A program made the translations under genes and the position numbers. From Geosiphon pyriformis uo1 (Eukaryota > Fungi > Glomeromycota), in the NCBI GenBank assembly GCA_016748015.1, contig JAAOMT010000556.1, positions 1 to 21,975 of the forward strand: a stretch of DNA of 21,975 bases, in the 5' to 3' direction. The notes below the pieces were generated by a model. The model was given only the letters and a program-made list of their open reading frames with translations, made no database searches and was not told the DNA's origin. This document shows, piece after piece, positions 11,585 through 21,975 of the stretch; positions within the stretch are counted from its first letter, which is position 1, and every line of letters starts with the position of its first letter.

Positions 11585-11944
11585 ATTTCTAGTTTTCAAA
11601 TTGTTGGTCATAATTGTGAAAGAAAAAATTTGTTAGCATACGTATACCCAATTGATTCAAAAAGATTTGATTCGGTCGACAGCTACTTCCGTTCCAGCAA
11701 GATGATAAGTTGTCACTATAGTGCTTACAAATATAGAACATACTTCATGTTTACACCTAACGGCCAACTTTCTCGAAATGAAGAACAAAATTATGGAGAC
11801 AAGACTAAAACAATTATTATTTATCCTGATAATTCTAATTGTCTTTTGATATATGAAAATCAAAGCAATGCTACCGGGATAGAAACGCAAAGTTATGGGA
11901 AAATATTTTCGTGGAATGAAATACTAATTCAAAGGTTTTTTTAA
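11585..11944 (+). pseudogene. Isolated exon/fragment of an uncharacterised fungal protein
   Basis: A CTAAT branch and TAG acceptor (11582-11584) are followed by an open frame ISSFQIVGHNCERKNLLAYVYP...IIIYPDNSNCLLIYENQSNATGIETQSYGKIFSWNEILIQRFF*. By recall only, it resembles the N-terminal part of an expanded Glomeromycotina family (IYP...LvtY...Gxi.dWnG). No intact upstream donor or downstream continuation was seen. Confidence 0.4.
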
Positions 11945-12249
11945 ATAACTCATAAAGATAAAAACTTGCTTAATTTTAAAACTAAAGGTTTTATTGATAA
12001 TCTAAAACACTTTATACAGTTGTATAAAATTAAATACAGAACTTTGATCGAAATTTTTATTTCGAAATATATACTGTCAAAAAAAAATATGATAAAGTGG
12101 ACTATTTATAATATTCCGTAAGTTAGTACATAAAATATTGAAATAATTTTCATGTGTTCTTAGATCAAATATCTTACAGAGCCATTTTGAAATAGGGTAT
12201 TTATAATCAAAACTATTTCTCGACCTTATAGCTACTTGATTGCCACCAG

Positions 12250-12938
12250 AATACAAATGAATAAAAATAATTTTATTTAATTACACATAATTAATAATTC
12301 ATTTTATTTTCAGTAATAATAAATTTGTTTAATCTCTTGTAATAAATGTTTAATGAAAACCCCATTTATTTATATAAGATAAAGATAATTTTATAACAAA
12401 TATAAAATTGAAATAAACTTATTATGAAAAAAAAATATTATTGACAAATAAATATGGGATATTTATAAAATAAAGAAACCAGTATAAAAAAAATAAAGAT
12501 AAAATTGTCAAAATTTAATAAAATACATTATAAATAATAATTTAAAAATATAAAACATTAAAATAATATACAAAAAAATATATAATAAAAAATTACTACA
12601 AAATCAAATTTTATTAACAATTTAAATTCAAAATTTTAATTAATATTGATATATTTAATTTTTATATTCATTATTTTATTGATCACTATTATTAAATTCA
12701 ATTATGAACTTAATCATTAATGAGTTGATTTTTAGCTTAAAGTTTGACCTAGTTATTAACTTTTTTGTTAAATATATATATAATTTTTTCTTTAAAATAT
12801 AAACATTTTCTATTAAAAACTTGTTTTTTAAAAAGTAATAAATTTTTATCTATTAATCATAAAAAAAATATTTACTTAATAAAAATATTTTTTATTGAAT
12901 TTTAAAAATATTGACTAAAACATATTTTTTAAATTCAG
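12250..12938. other. AT-rich eroded block flanking the LINE 3' end, unidentified
   Basis: Very low GC, no CpG seen, no recognised motif. Confidence 0.4.
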
Positions 12939-15190
12939 TTTTTTTTTGATTACTATTATTATTATTTTTTATTCTGTATTAATAAACATAAACCAACCCC
13001 AACTTAATACAATTTAGCAAAAAAACTAAATAATAAACAAAGCTTCTACTTAATTTAAAGCTTAGAGTTAAATAACTAAATTACCACAAAATTATGAATT
13101 AAATTAACAATTATCATAAAAACAACATTAATTTAATTCAATTTATTAACTATTTTAAATATCTAATTATTAGACATAATATTTTTATTAATTATTAGAT
13201 ATGTTTCAAATATTAAAAAAAGTTTTCAAAATTGTAAAAAAAAAAATCTTAGCATCAGACTTAAAAAATAATATATTAACAAATTTTTTAGTAATTAATA
13301 TCTTGGCAATCTTATTCTTTAAACAAAAAACAAATATTTTAATAAATCCAAATTTTTATATTTTAAACAAACTACACTTGAATAATTACAATTGTACAAC
13401 TTTTTTTTAATAATAATTGGCAACTGTTTATCTAAAGCTTTTATTATACATATATAAAAATCACCAAATTTACAAATTATTAAACCAAATTTAATATTAT
13501 CTTTAAAATACCAAACTAAACAAATTTATTTTAATTAATTTTTAATTAATCTACTTAATAAAGCTCTTAGCTTCTTAATAAATACAATCTATTAAATAAA
13601 ATAGTATTTTTAAATATAACATAAAATTTTTTAATGCTAATTAGTAACAAAAAAGTAAACTTTATAGTTAACTTAGACAAAATATTTACAATTTTATTTT
13701 TTAAATTATTAAAATATTTTTTGATCTTAATTTAATTAATAAAAAGCTTTTGTTTACAAATTAAGTTAATAATTTAATGTTTTTTAACCCAATATTTATG
13801 TTTAAAATCGAGATTAATATTAATTTAAATGTATTTAAAACAGTTTAAATATTAAATTTTATTATAATATGTGTAGTTTTAAGTATTAAAATAATAATTT
13901 AAAGCTTAATTAATATAAATAACATAATATTATACATATTAATTTTCATATTTAAAATTAAATTCACAGAAAAACAATAGTTATTTTAGCTAATTTAAAA
14001 AAACCAAAATTTTTTACAAAACTATTTATATGTTTTGTAAATTTAAAACAACTTAATTTATATAAACAACAATTTTTTTAAACCAATTTAATTTGAATTT
14101 AAATAAATATAATTTTTTTTTGTCTAATAATTAATTTATAAACTTGATTTTAAACTTTTTAAGAAATTTAACTATTTTTTCTTTTTTATTATAACAAAAA
14201 TTAATATATTATTATAAAAAAATTTAATAAAATCTTAGTTATAACACAGAAAAAATATTATTTTTAACATTATAAAAAAGTATAAATTAAGATAATTAAA
14301 CATAAAAATAAATATTTTTTTTAATATATTATTAAATACATTTAATTTTAATAATTTATATATTAAAAGTTTCAAATTATAAAATACAAAAAACACTTTA
14401 TTTATATTGTAATTAAACTTTGTTATTTAATTTCAATAAAATACTCTTTAGATTATAATATTTAAAGTTTTAACTAAAAAAATTTTTTCAAATCTAATTT
14501 ATTAATTTGTATTAATTTTGTTTAAAGCAAACTTTTAGGAATCCTTATTGACTTGTTTGTAAACTAATCAAATTTTAGTATTTAATAAACTATTTAAATT
14601 AATAAGTATTAAAACAATAATATAATATATATTAAAAAACTTGTAAATATTAAACACTTCTTTTTTATAACAGTTTTATACAAAATTTTATTAACCAAAA
14701 TAAAATTTAAATATTTAAAAGCATTTTTAAAGTTGTTCTATAAAAAATAATTAATATTTTTATTTAACAAAACATTATAAAGATCCAAATTTTTGTATGC
14801 ATTAAAATTTGGCATTGTGCTTAATATTATGTTTGTTAAAATTATCACTCAAAATAACAAAATAACTCTTATTTAATGCCTTAACAATTCTATTGTTAAT
14901 ATTAACAGTCTAAGTAAAATACTTTATAAATAAGGTCTTAACATAAAGTTCAATAATAAATACTAAGAATAAATCTCTATATAATAGCTTAACAACCAAA
15001 AAACACTCAAAAATGTTAATTTTGCATACTGTTTAATAATAATAATAATAATAATAATAATCAAAATTACACTTAAGCCCAAATAGCCAATGTCTTTTTT
15101 CAAAGCAAAAGCCATTAAGTTTTTTCTGAACTTAATCTTTACAATAATTTAAATTAAATTAGTAGTTTTTTTATGCTATCTAAAACTAAA
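12939..15190 (-). mobile_element. Hypermutated LINE relic: 5'-truncated endonuclease, RT deleted, RNase H and C-terminal zinc finger
   Basis: Motifs in order: R*HKK...DIGYLGLSVI (~15070-15181); KALNKSYFVILSDNFNK (VILSDNFN at 14835-14858, for VILGGDFN); KQVNKDS*KF (14529-14558); RNase H N*IKIKKYFNNLKNKIVNIL (13672-13737, for WxKxKGHSGxxGNExAD); LVWY (13508-13519); KALDKQLP...KKLYNCNYSSVVCLKY...KYLFF (13325-13441, CCHC-type finger). A possible AATAAA (12968-12973) and A9 tail (12939-12947) mark the 3' end. Confidence 0.88.
15035..15061 (+). repeat. (AAT)9 microsatellite inside the LINE endonuclease relic
   Basis: Read directly from the sequence. Confidence 0.95.
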
Positions 15191-15519
15191 GCTGGAATTT
15201 TGTCGTTTTGGTTTTCTGGTTTTTATATATAATCATGTTTTTATAAATAAAATCACTAAATTTTTCCCTAATGTATTTTTTATGAGGGTTAGGTTTGATT
15301 ACTTGATATAATAAATCATCGGATGAAGGATGAATAACGTCCGCGAATGATATGAGTGTTGAAGTATGATATATTTAAATTATACAATTGTCTTAAAATT
15401 TAGATAACGCGTTAGTAAATATGTGATAAATAAGAAAATAAGTCTATTCTCTAAGGGTTAGTTCCATTAAAAATATGACAAGATTGTGCTATTGTTGTTG
15501 TGAAACAAGCCTGTTGATT

Positions 15520-16890
15520 CTATATAACTTTTAAAAGATCGATGGAAATATAAGCCGTCAATAAGCTCGTGATGAACGAAGATATAAAGTTAACCTAAAT
15601 ATCACAAATATCAATTTCAATACTAGCCCACTAAAAAAATAAGTGTGTATCAAGATCATGCTTACTTGATTATTATCCAATAAATCCCATCCACTAACAA
15701 CCCTCACATCTTTATTTAAATGCGATGTTATCTTCTTCGATGTTAACGAGTACAGTGTTTTTTGGACGGTGGCACCCAAGATCGAATCCACAATAGAACC
15801 AATTAACCCAGCAAAACCAGCAATCGGGATCAATTCCCACCACCAGCGATTGCAACCACTCGCCAAACCTATAGACGCCACCGCCGAGATTCCAATTAAA
15901 AGGCCACCAGACAATGATGCTCCAAGACCTAATGCAGTGATACCGCCGTTTGTCCCGGGCGGCACCTTTTCAATGGAGTGGGAATATATTACGATCCAAA
16001 GAAGTATTAATAATATCAAGAACTTTTAAATAATGTGATGTACCTTTTTCAAGTTGGTGATTAGGTATGGCCAGTTCTTATTGAGTACTCCGATCTCGCT
16101 TGCCCACTAAATAATTTTATTCAAATCCAGAATTAAATGATAACAAAAAAAAAGAATAATAATTTAAACTTTGCCAAGATAATGAAAAAGAATGAAGAAA
16201 GATATCCTACCGTATCACCGTTGCAAGTCGCATAATGTCTTATAAATGCAGGTGGTCAAAAGGTTTTATCTAGCCTCATCAAGGTAATTTAAGATTTATA
16301 GTCTAAAAATCTACTCACCCGAGGTAAACTAAAAACAGTTTTGCCGCGGAAGGATTATCGAAGAGACATTGAATTTCTCCACCAAATTGATATTGATGCC
16401 AGATGGCAACTGAAGTACCCCAAAGTGCGTTGCTGAAGACTTGTACAGCATTTCTTTGACCCCCTATTTTCGTGGGTATAAAGTCGGCAATTTAAAATTA
16501 GGATTTTAAGCATAAAGTTGAAAGAGAAATGATGAGCTTAATAGTCACAAAGAGGATTTAACTTACCATCTTGATATTCCTCCTCAATTTCTTTCTTTCG
16601 TTGCGCTTTTAACTAGTTGTAACCCATTCAAGATTAGGGGATTCACTTTAATTTAGATTGTCTTTCATAATCTATTCTTGCTTTGTCTTATAACAGAGCT
16701 TCACCTTTGTCAATCGAGATCCCGTAAAATAGAATACAAGCATCAATATTGGAAATACTGCCCATTCATTATAAGTCGTTCCCATTCCGACAAAGAAGGC
16801 GGCTACCGCCCCCGAATGCGACAGTGACTTTTTCCGTAACCCATGGGCAACTAGGAAGACCGATAATGCCAAACCAAAAAGCAGTCCCAT
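15520..16890 (-). CDS. TMEM19: TMEM19 / DUF92 integral membrane protein, 7 exons, 280 aa
   Basis: Exons 16890-16705, 16612-16567, 16463-16319, 16238-16211, 16106-16044, 15965-15666 and 15594-15520 join in frame (843 nt). Family motifs: KKSLSHSG, GGQRNAVQVFSN, GDTWASEIG, VPPGTNGG, DSILGATVQ, LDNNQVN. Confidence 0.95.
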
Positions 16891-19800
16891 TTCAAATATT
16901 TATTGATGGAAAAGCAGTGATTGTGCTAAGAAATTAGTTGGCTCAAAAAAGGTTATCATTAATCAAAATTAATCTTGAAAATAAAATCATCATATTTAGA
17001 ACATTATTTATTATAGTTCAATACATCAAAAATTTAGGCCAAATATTTTAAAATTTATCCGTAATGTTAACCTTATTGGAAGTAAGATATTAACAAACCA
17101 AAATTATTTCGTAAAATTGGAAATGGTTACGGCATAAATTGAGAGATGGAGAGGACAAAAAACGACCGAGAAGTTCAAGATGCCCGTTTTTCAAAGGCGA
17201 CAATTCTCAAAGCCGAATTTTGGTAATATATTGAAACCATGATCGTGACAGTCACTTTAAAAAAGAAGATTTTTAATGAATTTGCATTCGTAAATGATTT
17301 TGGTCAATAGCAATTAAATTTTCTCTCATAGATCTTGGTGATAAATGCATTGTCAACATAGACTTTCTGGGTAGCAGATAGATATTCTAATCACTGAAAA
17401 AATGAAACGGTGAATTTTTAGCAAAGAATATAAATACCATATATAAATCCATTCTCTGCGAATAAGATTTATCTGGAATATAGGGAGAGACGCCAAAATT
17501 TAATTTAGTATTACTCTACCATGGACGAAAAAATAATAGACCTCTGAAAAAAACATACCTAGGCTATCCACTGTTAAAAATGCAACGTTAATCGAAAGCA
17601 AGGGATAGAAATAAAGAATAAAACTTGATATTAATTATCATACAAACGACCTAAATATCAATAATTTCAGCACAACAAAAAAACACTATGATTTATATTT
17701 GGGCGCTTTTCAGACACTAGGTTATTCACAGACTGCCAACCTCGCTCGATAACACCAGGCAAAGTGTCGCTAAAGGTGGCTTTCGAACGCAAATTACTAG
17801 AAGGACATCATGAAAACTACTTCACTTCGTGTAGATTATAAAGACCATTTACTTACCAATCAGCGTGAAAATTTTTTAACGAAGCTTGGTTAACAATCAG
17901 TGATGGTCAAATCTAATGATTCTATTTATAGCTAATTGGAAGTCATGTGAAGATATATTACGTACTATTTTTCGGATGACTAAAAATGGTTATGATTACA
18001 TACATACATAACTTTCTTGCTACGTTAAAAACTTTTAACAAACATGTAAAAGAAGAATTGCTAAAACAAAAAATTAGTTCTGAAAAAGCACCATGTGAAC
18101 AAGAAGGAGCTATTATTTTAAATCAAAAATTATACACGACCAAAGACTGATAACTGTTTAGGTCAATTCAATTCAACCACTTTTGAGATTAATTTGAATT
18201 ATTGATTATATGAAATTTTTTTAACAAAAAATTTGAAATTAGAACTCAACCTGAATTGTAATATTTATATTAATATTATGTGCTACTAGCTTATTTTGCT
18301 TCATTGAAATTTTTTCATATTTTTCAATAGAAAATTATATAAGTTAGCGAAAATATTTGAACGAAATCAATTTCCTTTATTTGATAAGAAATAATCTTGA
18401 GAAGTTAATAAAAGAATTGAATTTTATAAATGGTTAACAAGATAAAATCTGAACCTTAATTTTTTATGAATATGACATATAGAGCTATTTAAGAAAAATT
18501 TCAATTATTGTTCATCTTAGGCTTTGTATTTGCTTTTGCTTTTTGTGAGGCTTGTAAAATATATTTTTTAAATTTGAAAAACATAATTCTAATTCCATTG
18601 TTTTAAGTTTAGAGCATATATGCATTCGTTTAATTAATTCCTATTTCCAGTAACTTCATTTGGAATTTCTCGCCCTTCAAAGGCTTAAATTAAAATAATT
18701 AAAATACATCCATTTCATTTGAAATTATGTAAACAAAATTGTATAATATTTATCGGCTAAAGATAAGAAAGGCCTCAAGATTTGCACATTAATCTAGTTT
18801 GAGCTATTGTCCAAAAAATTTCTCCATTCAATCACCCATTATGATCTAAATATTCACAATCACTTTGAATATTACCCTTGCTTGAGGAAAAAGCGAATAT
18901 TCTTTTCAGTATTAATGTTGCTATCTTGGAAAAATTATTCAAATTTAATTTGAAAATTTATCATTGATTAATATTTTCGACATTTTATTTTATTGAGCTC
19001 AGCCATTATTTTAATTGTATAGTTTGGTTTCTTTTATGGGTTAAGTATAGATACAGTAACTTCAGTAATTTAAAATTTGGATGTTAGGCTTCCTTGACAT
19101 AACTAATTGTGCCAATGACTATCATTCTTCTGGAAAAAGGTTAGATCAGCTTCCGTTTAAATGCACACATGGACTCTTGTTTCACTTTTCTGGAATAAGT
19201 TTCTGTCCCAATTTAGCCAATAAATTGAATTCATAATTAATCTGAAACTCGGAAAAATATTCACAATCTAGTGGGTGAAAAAGTTGAATTTACAACGGAG
19301 GAAATAATATCTAAGACTAAATTAATTTTGGAGAGTTTAGTACAATGAAATCATAGATACAGCAGCATTATAACAATTTGGACTCTAAAACAAACAAACC
19401 AAAACAATTTTGAAAAAGAATAATCCGAACAAAGAGACCGATTGGGGATCCGAAATAGTTTGTTTCAAAAAGAGTGACAAAAAACTATCTCGGACCAGAA
19501 TTAGGCTATTTCAATTCCCGTTTAAATGTCAGGCCTTTTCTTGCTATGAAAAATAAAATATAACTAGTGTTTAAATTAGTATCTATGTGCATTTAAATAC
19601 TTTCCCAAATTGTGGAATAAACGAAATAAATTACCATTACATTATTATTATTGAACTATTTTTTAGTGAGCCCGGTCATTTTAGCGACTGTTTACACTCT
19701 TAACATACGTAATTTAATGAGCAAACCTGAAACGCGAAAACTTTTCTTAATATTCCGAAATCAAAGCACCACATCACGAACAATTTAACACGCCTCTAAC

Positions 19801-20366
19801 TAATATTCTTGTTATTCGTAAATATATCCATAATAAACATTCCTAAGTAGGCTTTTGGCATGCTTTCCAAATAGAGACACAAATACGAACGTCCTTGAAA
19901 AAGTCTGCATTTCAGCTCTTTTACTCAGAGAAAGCTATCTTGTGAGGCAGGTTTTCCTTTCCAATCTCGGCAGCTATCCACTACTAATAACAAATTTGGA
20001 GAGTGTTTATTTGAAAAAAGGTCTTTAGACCCTTTCCTACAGCATTTTTTTTTCTTCCACTTTAGCACCCCATTTTCAAAATTCCCACATTCCTTACTTT
20101 AAATCAAGTAAATCACTTGAGATTTCTCTTTGTCTGCGACAGAGGATTGGTTGATGATTGTCTTGATCATAATATTTTCTAAATAAATCACTGCTCGTCT
20201 CGTTCTTTTTTGTCGAATTACATCTTCTATATTCCCCATTACCTCCGGGATATTGTTGCTTTCACTTTTTCCAACATCTATAGGAGGAAACTTTCCCCAT
20301 CAAAAATCAAAAAGTTTACATTTTCTTTAAACCCCACACTTAAACATTTGGGTATACAAGAACGAA

Positions 20367-21975
20367 ATGCCACGAAAAACATCTTTACATAAAAAAAAGG
20401 GTAGAGATTCATGGGAAAGGTTATCAGAAGTAAATGAAAAGGAGAGTTCATCATTTCAAAAGACGTCCTCACCACAGCGACCAATCGACTTACCGCCGAC
20501 TGTCTTTATTAATCAATCATCCGAGAAACCAAGCAATGAGGTTGATTTAATACCAGCTCCCATTTGGTACCGTCCAAACTACGATCAAAAAGACATTTTT
20601 GACAATCGTCACCAATTCGAAGTAGAACAGGGACCTGATGTTCTTTCGTTCTATCCTGCCTACCCTACATTGGAAAATTCTCCAATAGAATCTGTACGAG
20701 CGACAGTTTCCAAAAACGATGATCGCACATTGCCTTGTTTAACTTTTCGCTTTTGGGTGCTCAGTTTTTTTTTCACGGTTTTCGGGGCCGCATTTTCGCA
20801 ATATTATTATTTCACGACTATACCATATCAGTTTTCAGTCTTTTTTGTTCAATTAGCGACTTATCCATTGGGTCGTTTGATGGCCAAGGTGTTACCGCGA
20901 AAGACAATTAGAGTTGGAGAATGGTTTTGCTTTTCCTTAAATCCTGGGTGAGTTAAAATAGAACAAAAAAGAACGTGGTGTTGTGCTTTGGCTAGGGAAA
21001 AAGAAAATCTTAAGGGATTTCAATGGCAGATTTACAGTAGAAGTAATTTTAGCTACTGTCGATTTACGGGTCTAACTAAACTCTAATAATTACATTGTTT
21101 CTTGTTATCTAGACCTTTCAACATGAAAGAGCATGCATTAATTGGAGTGGCCGCCTCAGGTATGTTCAATTGGAACTTTATTCTACAAAATCACAATTTC
21201 TTACCCATATTGTCCACTTTCCGATTCAGCGAGCGCCTACCCATATGCAATATATGCTTTGACAGCTCAAAAATTGTTTTTTGCTCAGCAATTTAGTCAT
21301 GTTGGGAGTTTATTTTTATTAATATCGTCACAATGCCTTGGTTACGGCCTGGTAAGTTTTTACACTATTCTGAAGGGTAAAATTAATAAACTTCCCAGCC
21401 TGAGAAACTAAATTAATTTTTTGGTAGGCAGGAATGGTTTACCCAATCCTTGTTGAAATGCCCGATATGATTTGGCCTTTAACTCTCGTCAATGTAGCTT
21501 TCTATAACACTCTTCATGAAACTAAATACAATTTTATTCGATCCCTTTCCCGCATGCAATTCTTTTGGATTGTATTTATTTGTATTTTCATATGGGAACT
21601 ATTGCCACAATTCTTTGCACCAATTCTGATGAGCTTCACAGTTCTCTGTTATTTTGGGCATAAAAATCCTCATTTGGTTAATTTGGGAAGTGCTAACCGT
21701 GGTGTGGGAATTTTGGGGATTACTTTTGATTGGATGCAAATAACCACTTTTATGCCATTGTCTTCACCTTGGGTATGATCAGTTTTGTTCATTGGAAATA
21801 CGAACTTCTTGAATGAATTATAATTTCAGTTTTCCCTTCTTTTTTTATAGTGGGCACAAGCCAATGTATTGTTTGGCGCTGCAACATTCTTATGGATAAT
21901 TATGCCAATCGTGTATTATACAAATTTTTGGAATGCACGGGATCACCCAATAGTTTCAACTGATGTGTTTGACAC
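20367..21975 (+). CDS. OPT-family oligopeptide transporter, 3' end beyond the window
   Basis: Exons 20367-20947, 21113-21159, 21230-21351, 21428-21772 and 21851->21975 join in frame. Motifs: ENSPIESVR, DD..LPCLTFRFW, LNPGPFNMKEH, SQCLGYGLAG, MIWP, PWWAQAN. Confidence 0.96.

Noticed and set aside
11426-11611. Poly-Asn ORF and antisense ORF 11657-11890
   Set aside because: The first is explained by the microsatellite; the second is the shadow of the plus-strand exon.
13201-13410. AT-rich ORFs 13201-13410 and 6452-6637
   Set aside because: They have the F/I/K/N/L composition expected of AT-rich DNA. The first is antisense to the LINE zinc-finger region.
12900-15230. Target-site duplication around the second LINE
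   Set aside because: No convincing direct repeat was found at the two ends; erosion may have removed it.
15769-16937. Plus-strand ORFs 15769-16029 and 16749-16937
   Set aside because: Antisense shadows of TMEM19 exons.
18490-18620. Signal-peptide-like KFQLLFILGFVFAFAFCEA followed by an intron-like segment
   Set aside because: There is an in-frame stop where the ATG should be, and splicing at either nearby AG runs into a stop.
20210-20484. ORFs 20210-20392 and 20278-20484
   Set aside because: They overlap the OPT 5' region and have no recognisable features.

Overview
AT-rich eukaryotic (fungal) DNA with short GT-AG introns. From the protein families recalled, it is most likely an early-diverging fungus (Glomeromycotina/Mucoromycota-like; inference). 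Three intact spliced genes are present: a cytochrome b561 (7144-8109, -), a TMEM19/DUF92 membrane protein (15520-16890, -) and an OPT oligopeptide transporter (20367 to window end, +). Between them lie extremely AT-rich blocks (about 6-11% GC in hand-counted samples) that give almost no ORFs. Translating the minus strand through stops shows two relic non-LTR (LINE) retrotransposons: one with endonuclease + RT (~2620-5465), one with endonuclease, no RT, RNase H and a zinc finger (~12939-15190). Their conserved motifs differ from the expected ones almost only by C->T/G->A changes on both strands. The main signal is the context: surviving cytosines are mostly ApC/GpT, TpC/GpA and CpG are depleted, and CpA is not selectively lost. 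This suggests a repeat-targeted, RIP-like hypermutation keyed on the 5' neighbour, unlike classical CpA RIP. Also present are a 4-copy ~100-bp minisatellite upstream of a single-stop pseudogene, other eroded gene fragments and microsatellites. All counts and alignments were done by eye, and relic boundaries are approximate.
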